Assembly: GCA_046484865.1 (NCBI GenBank)
Contig: JAWOID010000062.1
Coordinates: forward strand, 1-29,615
Direction: 5' to 3'
DNA: 29,615 nt
DNA from: Candidatus Krumholzibacteriia bacterium
Lineage (GTDB): Bacteria > Krumholzibacteriota > Krumholzibacteriia > LZORAL124-64-63
Shown: positions 16,990 through 24,926 of the stretch, one piece after another
How positions within the stretch are numbered: position 1 is the first letter of the stretch
Layout of the letters: each line of letters opens with the position of its first letter
The notes under the pieces: model-generated
What the model saw: only the letters and a program-made list of their open reading frames with translations
What the model was told of the DNA's origin: nothing
Databases searched by the model: none
Program-made: the position numbers and the translations under genes

Positions 16990-18021
16990 ATGCGTCGATT
17001 CGCCCGGGTGCTGCTCTACACACTGCTCTTCTTCGCCATCGGCGAGGCGGTCGTCCGGTTCGACCGCGCCACGGGATTCTTCCGGGACGAGACGCTGGCC
17101 ATCGACGCCGCCCAGCCGGCGATGTCAGAAGTCCTCTCGCGAATCGAGAGCAATACCTTCGTCAGCGACGAGCGGTACCTGCGCGTGATGGTCATCGGCG
17201 ATTCCTATCTCCACGGCACGAGAATGGCAGAGAGCGACCGCTTCTCGTCCGTGTTGCGGGACCGGCTGGCGCGGCGCGCCGAGGTCGCCGGGCGGGACGT
17301 CGTGGTGCTCGATTTGACCGTTCCGGGCTACAATACCTTCAAGAATGCTGAGGGATTCTTCGCGTACGTCGACTCGTTCGACCCCCACGTGGTGATCTGG
17401 GCTTACATGATCAATGACGTGTATTCGCGGTCTGAAGCCGCCGTTCCGGTTTCCCCCGGTGCCGCGACCACGGTCCAGGCAGTTCCCGATCGCCGCCGGA
17501 CCGATGCATGGCAGCGGCTATTCGGGACGGTCATCCATGAAACCTATTCTCACGTGAAGGTCCTGCAGTTCTCGTTACCTACCCTCAATCGCGAGTTGAA
17601 GTTGCGCGGGATCATCCTGCCCGGCTCCCAGTTCCACCATGAGGTGTCGCGTTCCCATGACGATGCGTTCGTCGGCTGGCGGAACTCCCGCGAGATCCTC
17701 ACCGATGTCGCGGCGACCTGCAGGGAGCGAGGTACCCACCTCGCCGTGCTCATCTGTCCGACCTTGAACATGCTGGGTCATTATTCAGTGTTCGACGAGA
17801 CCGATGCGAGGATTGCAGCCTTCTGGCAGGAGCACGGAGTGACCGTGCTTCGAGGCGTGGAATGGTTTGAGGTCGCCACCGGAACGGACTTCGCATTCTC
17901 TCGGTACGATGGCCACCCCAATCAGGCAGCCCATGCGATCCTGGCCGAGAACGTGTCGGCCTGTATCACGGTCCCGCCTCCGAAGCGTCTGGTCGAGAGA
18001 TCACTCTCGTCCGTTCACTGA
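16990..18021 (+). CDS. SGNH/GDSL-fold protein, probable extracytoplasmic acyltransferase partner of the MBOAT (AlgJ/PatB-like)
   Basis: N-terminal membrane anchor; VIGDSY (block I), VPGYNT (II), INDV (III), DGHPN (V). Starts 7 nt after the MBOAT stop, with an AGGAG RBS. Confidence 0.8.
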   Translation: MRRFARVLLYTLLFFAIGEAVVRFDRATGFFRDETLAIDAAQPAMSEVLSRIESNTFVSDERYLRVMVIGDSYLHGTRMAESDRFSSVLRDRLARRAEVAGRDVVVLDLTVPGYNTFKNAEGFFAYVDSFDPHVVIWAYMINDVYSRSEAAVPVSPGAATTVQAVPDRRRTDAWQRLFGTVIHETYSHVKVLQFSLPTLNRELKLRGIILPGSQFHHEVSRSHDDAFVGWRNSREILTDVAATCRERGTHLAVLICPTLNMLGHYSVFDETDARIAAFWQEHGVTVLRGVEWFEVATGTDFAFSRYDGHPNQAAHAILAENVSACITVPPPKRLVERSLSSVH

Positions 18022-19110
18022 CCTCGGCTGTCTCTCCACACAGTGCTCCCGCAGGACCGACCAGGCGTAGTGCTCGTCGAACTTCGGAGCGCCGGCCGCG
18101 GCGGCCCGCAGGGCGGCGAAGAGCCCCGGCTCGTCCATCACGCGCGTCATTGCAGCCGCGAGTGCTTCGGGGTCGCCGGCCGGAAACAGCAGGGCATTGC
18201 CGCTGCGCCGCACGATGTTCAGGTTGGCTGGAATGTCGGAGGCGATGACGGCCATACCCGCCTGGGTGGCCTCCTTGAGGACGACGGGCGAGTTCTCGAA
18301 CCGCGACGGGAACACGAACACGCCGTTCTCCGCGAAGAGCCGCCGCTTGCGGTCCCCGGTCACCAGCCCCGCCAGCTCGATGCAGTCGCCCAGCCGGTGC
18401 TCGCGGACGTAGGTTTCCACCTCGGCCTGGGTCTGCTCGGTGTCCGCATTGCCCGCGATGGTGACACGCAGGCCGCGCCTGCCGTCGCGGTTCACCAGGA
18501 TGTCGGTGGCGGCCAGCAGCTCCCGAGTTCCCTTCATCTGCGAAAGTCGCGACACGTAGAGCATGTCGCCCGGGCGCGTGGCCCGGCCCACGGCGAAATC
18601 CTCCGCCAGCACGAAGTTCTCCAGGACCAGCAGGCGGTCCGGGGCCACGTACCGGCCGAAGAAGGCCGCGTGCTCCGGCGAGAGCACGAACACCCGGTTC
18701 GCCAGGCTCAGCATCCGGCCGAAGCGGGCGATGCGCCGGGGGTCGACGAAGTGCTCGCCGGCCGGCTTGGAGTGCAGATGGACCAGGACCCGGCGGCGCA
18801 GCAGCCGCAGGACCAGCAGGAAGACGAAATCCCGGTAGAACGCCCTGTCCGAGGTCACGAACAGGTGGTGGGCGTCGTCGCGACCGCCACGCAGCACCAC
18901 CTCGCGCAGGAAACGCGGGAACTGGCGCAGGTTGCGCAGGTAGCTGGGCAACCCCTTGGGCGCGTACAGATCTTCCCGCTCGTGGTGACCGGAGGTGTCG
19001 AAGACGGTCACGTCCGCAACCTGTCGCTGCAGAACGCGCACCAGGTTCGAGGCGGCGGCGCTGACGCCGCCCAGGGGCGGCGGGAACGGAGCTATGACGA
19101 AGTTCTTCAT
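18001..19110 (-). CDS. Glycosyltransferase family 4 (GT-B)
   Basis: APFPPPLGGVS N-terminal loop, YVSRLSQMKG, FVFPSRFENSPVVLKEATQAG (EX7E), VIASDI. ATG at 19110. Confidence 0.9.
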   Translation of the reverse strand: MKNFVIAPFPPPLGGVSAAASNLVRVLQRQVADVTVFDTSGHHEREDLYAPKGLPSYLRNLRQFPRFLREVVLRGGRDDAHHLFVTSDRAFYRDFVFLLVLRLLRRRVLVHLHSKPAGEHFVDPRRIARFGRMLSLANRVFVLSPEHAAFFGRYVAPDRLLVLENFVLAEDFAVGRATRPGDMLYVSRLSQMKGTRELLAATDILVNRDGRRGLRVTIAGNADTEQTQAEVETYVREHRLGDCIELAGLVTGDRKRRLFAENGVFVFPSRFENSPVVLKEATQAGMAVIASDIPANLNIVRRSGNALLFPAGDPEALAAAMTRVMDEPGLFAALRAAAAGAPKFDEHYAWSVLREHCVERQPRSVNGRE

Positions 19111-19270
19111 CGCCTGGCCGGTGCGGGTTCGTGCCGGAGAGCGGATCGTCGCCGGAAACGGGGCCAGTCTGCCCGCGACCTCGGCCGCTGTCAAGGCGGC
19201 ACGGCGGCCGCGGTCCGGCGGCAACGGGCCGGCCGCGGTCGATGCGCCGCGGCGTCCGCGGGCTGACCGG

Positions 19271-19299
19271 TTGGAAAAGTCTTTCGGTCGGGTTATGAT
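19271..19299 (+). promoter_or_regulatory. Candidate sigma70 promoter for the first CapK-like ligase
   Basis: TTGGAA (19271-19276)-17 nt-TATGAT (19294-19299), the only AT-rich patch in a very GC-rich divergent intergenic region. Confidence 0.55.
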
Positions 19300-19422
19300 G
19301 CCCGCGGTGACCGTCGCCTCGGCCACGGACCCCACCTCGCCCCTCCGGCTCCGGCGGCTCCGCCGGCCGATGGTGCGCAGAACCCGGCCGCCGCTCGTTT
19401 CCGGAAGGATCCTGGACAACCG

Positions 19423-20886
19423 ATGGCTCAAGGCAACCGATTGACCCGCTTCGTCTACGACCGGAGCCCCGCCTTCGTCAGGGACTGGGCCATCACGAGG
19501 TTCTCCAGTCGCCGGGGGAAGGCCAAGTTCGGGCCCCGTTACCACGAGGCCCTGACCGACCTGGCCCGCACCCAGTGGTACACGCCCGAGCGGGCCGCGG
19601 AGCTGCAGGCCGAGAAGCTACGCAAGCTGGTGCACTACGCCGTGGCCCACGTGCCCTACTACCGGGACCTCTTCCGGCAGCTCGACCTGCGCCCGGACGC
19701 CATCGACGGCCCGGCCGACCTGCGCCGGCTGCCCGTGATCGAGAAGGCCGACGTCCGCGCTCACCAGGACGCCTTGCGGTCGGACGTCCTGCGCAACGCG
19801 CCCGGGCTGGAACGGCTCCCGACCAGCGGCACCAGCGGCCACCCGCTCGAGATCGCCATCGACCCCGACTGCCTGCAGATCGAGAAGGCCTTCACCTGGC
19901 TGCACCGCGGGTGGGGCGGCGTGCACCTGGGCGACCTCACGGCCGCCTTCGCGGGCTTCCTGGTCGCGCCGGTTGGACAGCGCCGGCCTCCTTTCTGGGT
20001 GCACGATCGGTCCGAGAACCGGGTCATCTACTCGGTGCAGCACCTGAGCCGCTCGCACCTGCCGGCGTACGCCGATTCCCTGCGGCACCTGGCGCCGGTG
20101 ATGATCTACGGCTATCCGACCGCCATCTACCTGGTGGCCATGTACCTGAACGAGCAGGGCATCGGCGCGGTCCGCCCTCGCGCCGTCTTCACGAATTCCG
20201 AGACACTCATGCCCCATCAGCGCGCGGAGATCGAGCGCGCCTTCGGCTGCCGCGTCTTCGACTGGTATGGCGCGACCGAGCTGGTGGCGAACATCGTGCA
20301 GTGCGAGCACGGCAGCTATCACGTGAAGCCCGAGTACGGGGTGGTGGAGGTCCTGCGTCGGGACGGTTCGCCGGCCGCGCCTGGCGAGGCCGGCGACCTG
20401 GTGGGAACCGGCCTGAACAACCTGGCGATGCCCCTGCTGCGCTACCGGGTGGGCGACTCGGTGGTGCCGCGGGCCGGCACCTGCCCCTGCGGGCGCAACG
20501 GCGCGCTCGTCGAGGGCATCGTGGGACGTGTCGAGGACGTCGTCGTGACGCCCGACGGTCGCTGGTTGACTCGGCTCGACCACGTCTTCAAGGGTCTCTA
20601 CGCCGTCGAGGAAGCCCAGCTGGTACAGGAGACCACGGAAGAGCTGCGCGTGCGGATCGTGCGGCGGCCCGGCTACGGCGATGGGGACGAGGCGGCCGTG
20701 CTGCACAACCTGCGCGAGCGTCTGGGCGACGAGATCCGCATCCGTTTCGAGTACCTCGACCGCATTCCCCGCACGAGCAGCGGCAAGTTCCGTTACGTGG
20801 TCTCGAAGGTCCGCCTCGACGCGGCGGACGCGCGGCAGGCGGGCGAGATCGTCGGGATCACCGGCGAGGAGGAGCGGACGCTCTGA
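19423..20886 (+). CDS. Phenylacetate-CoA ligase family / CapK-like adenylate-forming enzyme (copy 1)
   Basis: HVPYYR, LPVIEK, TSGTSGHP (P-loop), YGATE, MPLLRYRVGD, CPCGR, GRVED, RTSSGKFRYV. Confidence 0.9.
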   Translation: MAQGNRLTRFVYDRSPAFVRDWAITRFSSRRGKAKFGPRYHEALTDLARTQWYTPERAAELQAEKLRKLVHYAVAHVPYYRDLFRQLDLRPDAIDGPADLRRLPVIEKADVRAHQDALRSDVLRNAPGLERLPTSGTSGHPLEIAIDPDCLQIEKAFTWLHRGWGGVHLGDLTAAFAGFLVAPVGQRRPPFWVHDRSENRVIYSVQHLSRSHLPAYADSLRHLAPVMIYGYPTAIYLVAMYLNEQGIGAVRPRAVFTNSETLMPHQRAEIERAFGCRVFDWYGATELVANIVQCEHGSYHVKPEYGVVEVLRRDGSPAAPGEAGDLVGTGLNNLAMPLLRYRVGDSVVPRAGTCPCGRNGALVEGIVGRVEDVVVTPDGRWLTRLDHVFKGLYAVEEAQLVQETTEELRVRIVRRPGYGDGDEAAVLHNLRERLGDEIRIRFEYLDRIPRTSSGKFRYVVSKVRLDAADARQAGEIVGITGEEERTL

Positions 20887-21988
20887 TCGGGTGGCCGCGG
20901 CCCGCCCGGGCCAGGGCCTCGTCGTAGATGCGGACCGCGCGCTCGACCATCCGCGACAGCGAGAACTCGGTCGTCAGCCGGCGACGACCCGCCTCGCCCA
21001 TGGCGGCCGCCTCCGCCGGATGCGCGACCAGCCATTCCAGCCGCGCGACCACGGCCTCCACGTCGCCCACCGGCACCAGGAAGCCGGTTTCGCCCTCGAC
21101 CACCAGTTCCGGGTTGCCCCCCCCGGCGGTGCAGATCACGGGCAGCCCGCAGGCCATGAACTCCATGATGCTGTTGGAGAGCCCCTCGGCGTGGATGGCG
21201 GTGGAGAGCATGACCCCCACGGTGGCGTCGTGCGCATGTTCGATGACCTCGTCCACGCGCCCCGGAAAGGCCATCGCGCCGCTGGCGACGAGATCGGCGG
21301 CCTCCCTGCGCCACCGTTCGAGGTCGGGGCCGCCGCCGATGGCCGTGACCCGAACCTCGCCCGGCCGCCGCCGCGCCAGGATGCGCGCCGCCGCCACGAG
21401 GGTCCCGAAGTCCTTGCGGGCGTCCATGGTGGCCGCCATCACGACATGGCAGCCTCCCGGCGCCGGTCGGCAGGCCTCCGCCCGCGCCAGACGGTCCGGC
21501 GCGAGGCCGTTGGGCAGCACGCGTCCGCGCTCGGGGTCCACGCCGAAGGCCACCAGCCCGGCCCGGCTGTTGGCCACCGTGAGCACCCCCAGGCGGCTGG
21601 CCAGGCGCAGGGGCAGGGAGCGCCGGTGGGGCAGGTTGCCGCGGCGGATCACTCCCGATACCTGCGGAATCCCCAGCAGCCGGCAGCAGGGCTCGGCCGC
21701 GAAGCAGGACATCCAGCCCCAGGAGTGCACCACGTGGGGACGCAGGCGGCGAATCGCCGCCCACAGCCGCAGCGTCGGCAGCGGGTCCAGGCGCCAGGAC
21801 CGCGGCGACACCTCCAGCGGCACCCCCGCCTCGCGCAGTCGCTCGGCGAACACGCCGTCACCCAGGACGTGGACCGCCACGTCCCAGGTCGAGGACAGCG
21901 CGCCAGCCAGCAGGGCCAGCTGACGCTCGGCACCGCCGCCGGCCAGGCCGTCGCCGATCATCAGCACCCGCTTGCGGCCGTCTGCCAA
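20858..21988 (-). CDS. Glycosyltransferase family 4 (GT-B)
   Basis: LAGGGAERQL, VANS, PNG, RKDF, EGLSNSIMEFMACGLPVI, GETGFLV. TTG start at 21988 inferred from a GGGAG RBS. Confidence 0.9.
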   Translation of the reverse strand: MADGRKRVLMIGDGLAGGGAERQLALLAGALSSTWDVAVHVLGDGVFAERLREAGVPLEVSPRSWRLDPLPTLRLWAAIRRLRPHVVHSWGWMSCFAAEPCCRLLGIPQVSGVIRRGNLPHRRSLPLRLASRLGVLTVANSRAGLVAFGVDPERGRVLPNGLAPDRLARAEACRPAPGGCHVVMAATMDARKDFGTLVAAARILARRRPGEVRVTAIGGGPDLERWRREAADLVASGAMAFPGRVDEVIEHAHDATVGVMLSTAIHAEGLSNSIMEFMACGLPVICTAGGGNPELVVEGETGFLVPVGDVEAVVARLEWLVAHPAEAAAMGEAGRRRLTTEFSLSRMVERAVRIYDEALARAGRGHPIRASAPPRR

Positions 21989-22286
21989 GCTGCGCTCCCG
22001 TGTTGCCGACCGGACCTTCCCGCATCGGCCAGGACAAGGTGCCACGTCGCCCGGGGGCTGTCCAGCGCAGGGCCGATCGACATGCCGCCGCCGGCCGGTC
22101 GGGGTCGAAGGGAAGGGCCGCTCGACAGGCAGGCCCGGATCTGGGATGATGTCGGGCTGGAAGTGGGGCCGACACTCCGGCGAAGGGGACCGGGCGGAGC
22201 GTTCCCGTCCGCTGCCGCTTCCCTGGCACCGCCCAGTTCAGCCCGCCCGGTTCCGGCCGGGCGTTTTGCCGCCCAGGAAAACGACG

Positions 22287-23627
22287 ATGATGCACCACCT
22301 GGCGAAAACGCTGCTCGGACTCCAGCGTCCCGACCGCCTGCGCCACTACGCCGCCCTGCGCTCGCGGGAGTGGCTCTCGCGCGAGGTGCTGGCCGACGAA
22401 TCCCGCGCGGCCCTGACCGCGATGCTCCGCCACGCCTGCGCCACCGTGCCCTTCTACCGCGACGTCTGCGCCGAGGCGGGCCTCGATCCGGCGGCGGTGA
22501 CCGGGCGCGACCTGCATCGCTTCCCGCTGGTCACGAAGCGCATGATGACGGAGGGTGGCGAGCGTTTCCACGATGCGACGGCTGATCGGTCCCGGTTCGT
22601 GCCTTCGGCCACCGGCGGCTCGACCGGGGTGTGGTTCCGGTTCTTCGTGGATGCGCGGGCGATCGAGTACCGCGCGGCCAACGACATGCGCAGCCGCACC
22701 TGGACCGGCTGGCGGCCCGGCGACAAGCAGGCCATCCTGTGGGGCCACGCCGGCGACACGAGCAAGGCCGCCACGCTGCGCGGGCGTCTGGTCGGCGCGT
22801 TCGTGCTGCGGGCACGCACCCTGAACGCCTACAGCATGGACGACGCGAAACTCCAGGCGTACTACCGGGAGCTGCGCGCGTTCCGTCCGCGCATGATCCT
22901 GGGCTACGCCTCCGCCCTGGCCTTCTTCGCCGAGTACGTGTCTCGCCGGCAGCTCTCCTTTCCGAGCCCGGCGGGAATGATCGCCAGCGCCGAGACCCTC
23001 ACCGACGACCACCGCGCGACCATCGAGAGCGTCTTCTCCTGCCCCCTCCTGAACCGTTACGGTTCGCGGGAGTTCGCCGTCATCGCCCAGCAGTGCCCCG
23101 AACGCGGCGGCCTGCACGTCTTCGACGACATGGTCCACCTGGAGGTTCTGCGCCCCGACGGCTCGCCCTGCGGGCCCGGTGAGCGGGGCGAGCTCGTGAT
23201 CACCGACCTGTCCAACCGGGTCATGCCGTTCATCCGCTATCGCACCGGCGATTTGGCGGTGCCCACCGACGAGGCCTGCAGCTGCGGGCGCGGCTACCCG
23301 CTGCTCGCCGCCGTCGAGGGCCGCACCTCCGAGTTGATCGTCGGCCGCAACGGCAAGTACTACTCCTGCCAGAGCCCGCGTTTGTTCGGCGCCGACATTC
23401 CCGGCATCGGGCAGATGCAGCTGATCCAGGACCGGGTCGAGGCCATCACCGTGCGCATCGTGCCCGACGCCCTCTGGGGTCCCGAGAGCCACGAGCGCCT
23501 GGTGACGCGCATGCGCGACCTGCTGGGCGACGTCGAGGTCACGCTCGACCTGGTGGACGAGATCCCGCCCGCTCCGTCGGGCAAGTACCGCTTCACGATC
23601 TCCAGCGTGTCGCCCTGGAGCCGCTGA
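22287..23627 (+). CDS. Phenylacetate-CoA ligase family / CapK-like adenylate-forming enzyme (copy 2)
   Basis: VPFYR, FPLVTK, TGGSTG, YGSRE, MPFIRYRTGD, CSCGRG, GRTSE, PSGKYRF. AGGA RBS before ATG 22287. Confidence 0.9.
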   Translation: MMHHLAKTLLGLQRPDRLRHYAALRSREWLSREVLADESRAALTAMLRHACATVPFYRDVCAEAGLDPAAVTGRDLHRFPLVTKRMMTEGGERFHDATADRSRFVPSATGGSTGVWFRFFVDARAIEYRAANDMRSRTWTGWRPGDKQAILWGHAGDTSKAATLRGRLVGAFVLRARTLNAYSMDDAKLQAYYRELRAFRPRMILGYASALAFFAEYVSRRQLSFPSPAGMIASAETLTDDHRATIESVFSCPLLNRYGSREFAVIAQQCPERGGLHVFDDMVHLEVLRPDGSPCGPGERGELVITDLSNRVMPFIRYRTGDLAVPTDEACSCGRGYPLLAAVEGRTSELIVGRNGKYYSCQSPRLFGADIPGIGQMQLIQDRVEAITVRIVPDALWGPESHERLVTRMRDLLGDVEVTLDLVDEIPPAPSGKYRFTISSVSPWSR

Positions 23628-23641
23628 AAGGACCCGTTCCG

Positions 23642-24823
23642 ATGGCCGCGCCCCGCATCCCCGTCGTCATGTATCACGGCATCGGTCCGCTGCTGCCGGG
23701 CTGGCTCTGGGGAACACTGATCACGCCGGTCGACCTCTTCGTCGCACAGATCGCCCTGCTCGAGCGGCACGGCTACGCGGCGATCGACCTGGACGAGTAC
23801 GCCGAGCGCGCCGGTACCGGCAGCGACGGCCGGCGGCCGGAGGTGGTGCTGACCTTCGACGACGGCTACCTGGACAACTGGGTCTACGCCTATCCCATCC
23901 TCGAGCGCGCGGGCTGGCGGGGCACGATCTACGTGAACCCCGAGTTCATCGACCCCGGCGAGGAACCGCGGCCCACGCTGAAGGACGTGTGGAGCGGACG
24001 CTGCAGCGAGCGCGACCTGCCGGCCCACGGCTTCCTGAATCGCACCGAGCTGCGGCTGCTGCAGGAGTCGGGGGTGATGACGATCGCGTCGCACTCCCTG
24101 AGCCATACCTGGTATCCCACCGGCCCCGCCATCGAGGACTATCACCGGCCGGGCCTGGTGACCCCCTGGCTGGCCTGGAACGCCCGGCCCGAGCGCAAGT
24201 ACGCCTACCTCGACGAGGACCAGTCAGGATTCGTGCCGTGGGGTACGCCGATCCATCGTCACGGGCGGGCTCTGGCGATCCGGCGCTGGCTGCCGGACCC
24301 CGCGATCGCGGAGGCGGCCGTGGCAGCGGTGGCGACGGGAGGCGGCGAGAGCTTCTTCGCCCGCCCCGACTGGCGGCCGACCCTCGATGCCGCGACCGCC
24401 CCGCTAGCCGGCCGCGGACGCCTGGAGACGGACGACGAGCTGGAGCAGCGCTACCGCCACGAGATCTTCGAGAGCCGCCGCGTCCTCGAGGAGATCGTCG
24501 GCGCGCCGGTGCGCCACTTCTGCTGGCCGGGCGGGGCCTATAACGACACCGCCTGGCGGCTGGCGGAGGAGGCGGGCTACCGCACGGTCTGCGTGGGTTC
24601 GCGCGACCCCGGCCGGCGGTCGACCGCCGTCGTGCCGGTGCCACGGACCAGCTGCGGCGCGATCATCTCGCTGGGCCGCGACCGCTACCGCACCGCCGAT
24701 CCGGCCTTCTTGCACATGTTCTGCGAGCTGGAGCGGGGCAACCGGCGGGTGCGCTGGCCGCTGCGCCTGCGCAAGGCCATGCTGGCCGTGCGACACGGGT
24801 TCCGGCCCGTCAAGCGGGTGTGA
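23642..24823 (+). CDS. Polysaccharide deacetylase (CE4/NodB-like) family protein
   Basis: VMYH, LTFDDGYLDNW (motif 1), ASHSLSH (HxxxH), FCWPGG. Starts 14 nt after the ligase stop, so probably co-transcribed. Confidence 0.88.
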   Translation: MAAPRIPVVMYHGIGPLLPGWLWGTLITPVDLFVAQIALLERHGYAAIDLDEYAERAGTGSDGRRPEVVLTFDDGYLDNWVYAYPILERAGWRGTIYVNPEFIDPGEEPRPTLKDVWSGRCSERDLPAHGFLNRTELRLLQESGVMTIASHSLSHTWYPTGPAIEDYHRPGLVTPWLAWNARPERKYAYLDEDQSGFVPWGTPIHRHGRALAIRRWLPDPAIAEAAVAAVATGGGESFFARPDWRPTLDAATAPLAGRGRLETDDELEQRYRHEIFESRRVLEEIVGAPVRHFCWPGGAYNDTAWRLAEEAGYRTVCVGSRDPGRRSTAVVPVPRTSCGAIISLGRDRYRTADPAFLHMFCELERGNRRVRWPLRLRKAMLAVRHGFRPVKRV

Positions 24824-24831
24824 GGCCGCGG

Positions 24832-24926
24832 GTCGTTGGCGCCGGCGCGGCTCAGGCGCGGGTGCCGGGTCGGGAGCCGCCGCGGGCCCGGGCCCGGGCG
24901 ACGTCGTCGCCGCCGGCGCGGCTCAG
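24832..24926. repeat. 24-bp direct repeat (16-bp exact core) flanking a 14-bp palindrome in a convergent intergenic region
   Basis: cgccggcgcggctcag at 24840-24855 and 24911-24926; perfect palindrome gcccgggcccgggc at 24886-24899. Confidence 0.7.

Noticed and set aside
19111..19545. N-terminal extension of the first GT4 ORF, and short ggccgcggtc repeats in this intergenic region
   Set aside because: The extension overlaps the divergent ligase gene and promoter; 10-bp GC-rich repeats are expected by chance.
19423..23627. Calling the two ligases paaK (phenylacetate catabolism)
   Set aside because: No paa genes nearby; the glycosyltransferase/deacetylase context points to the CapK-like branch.
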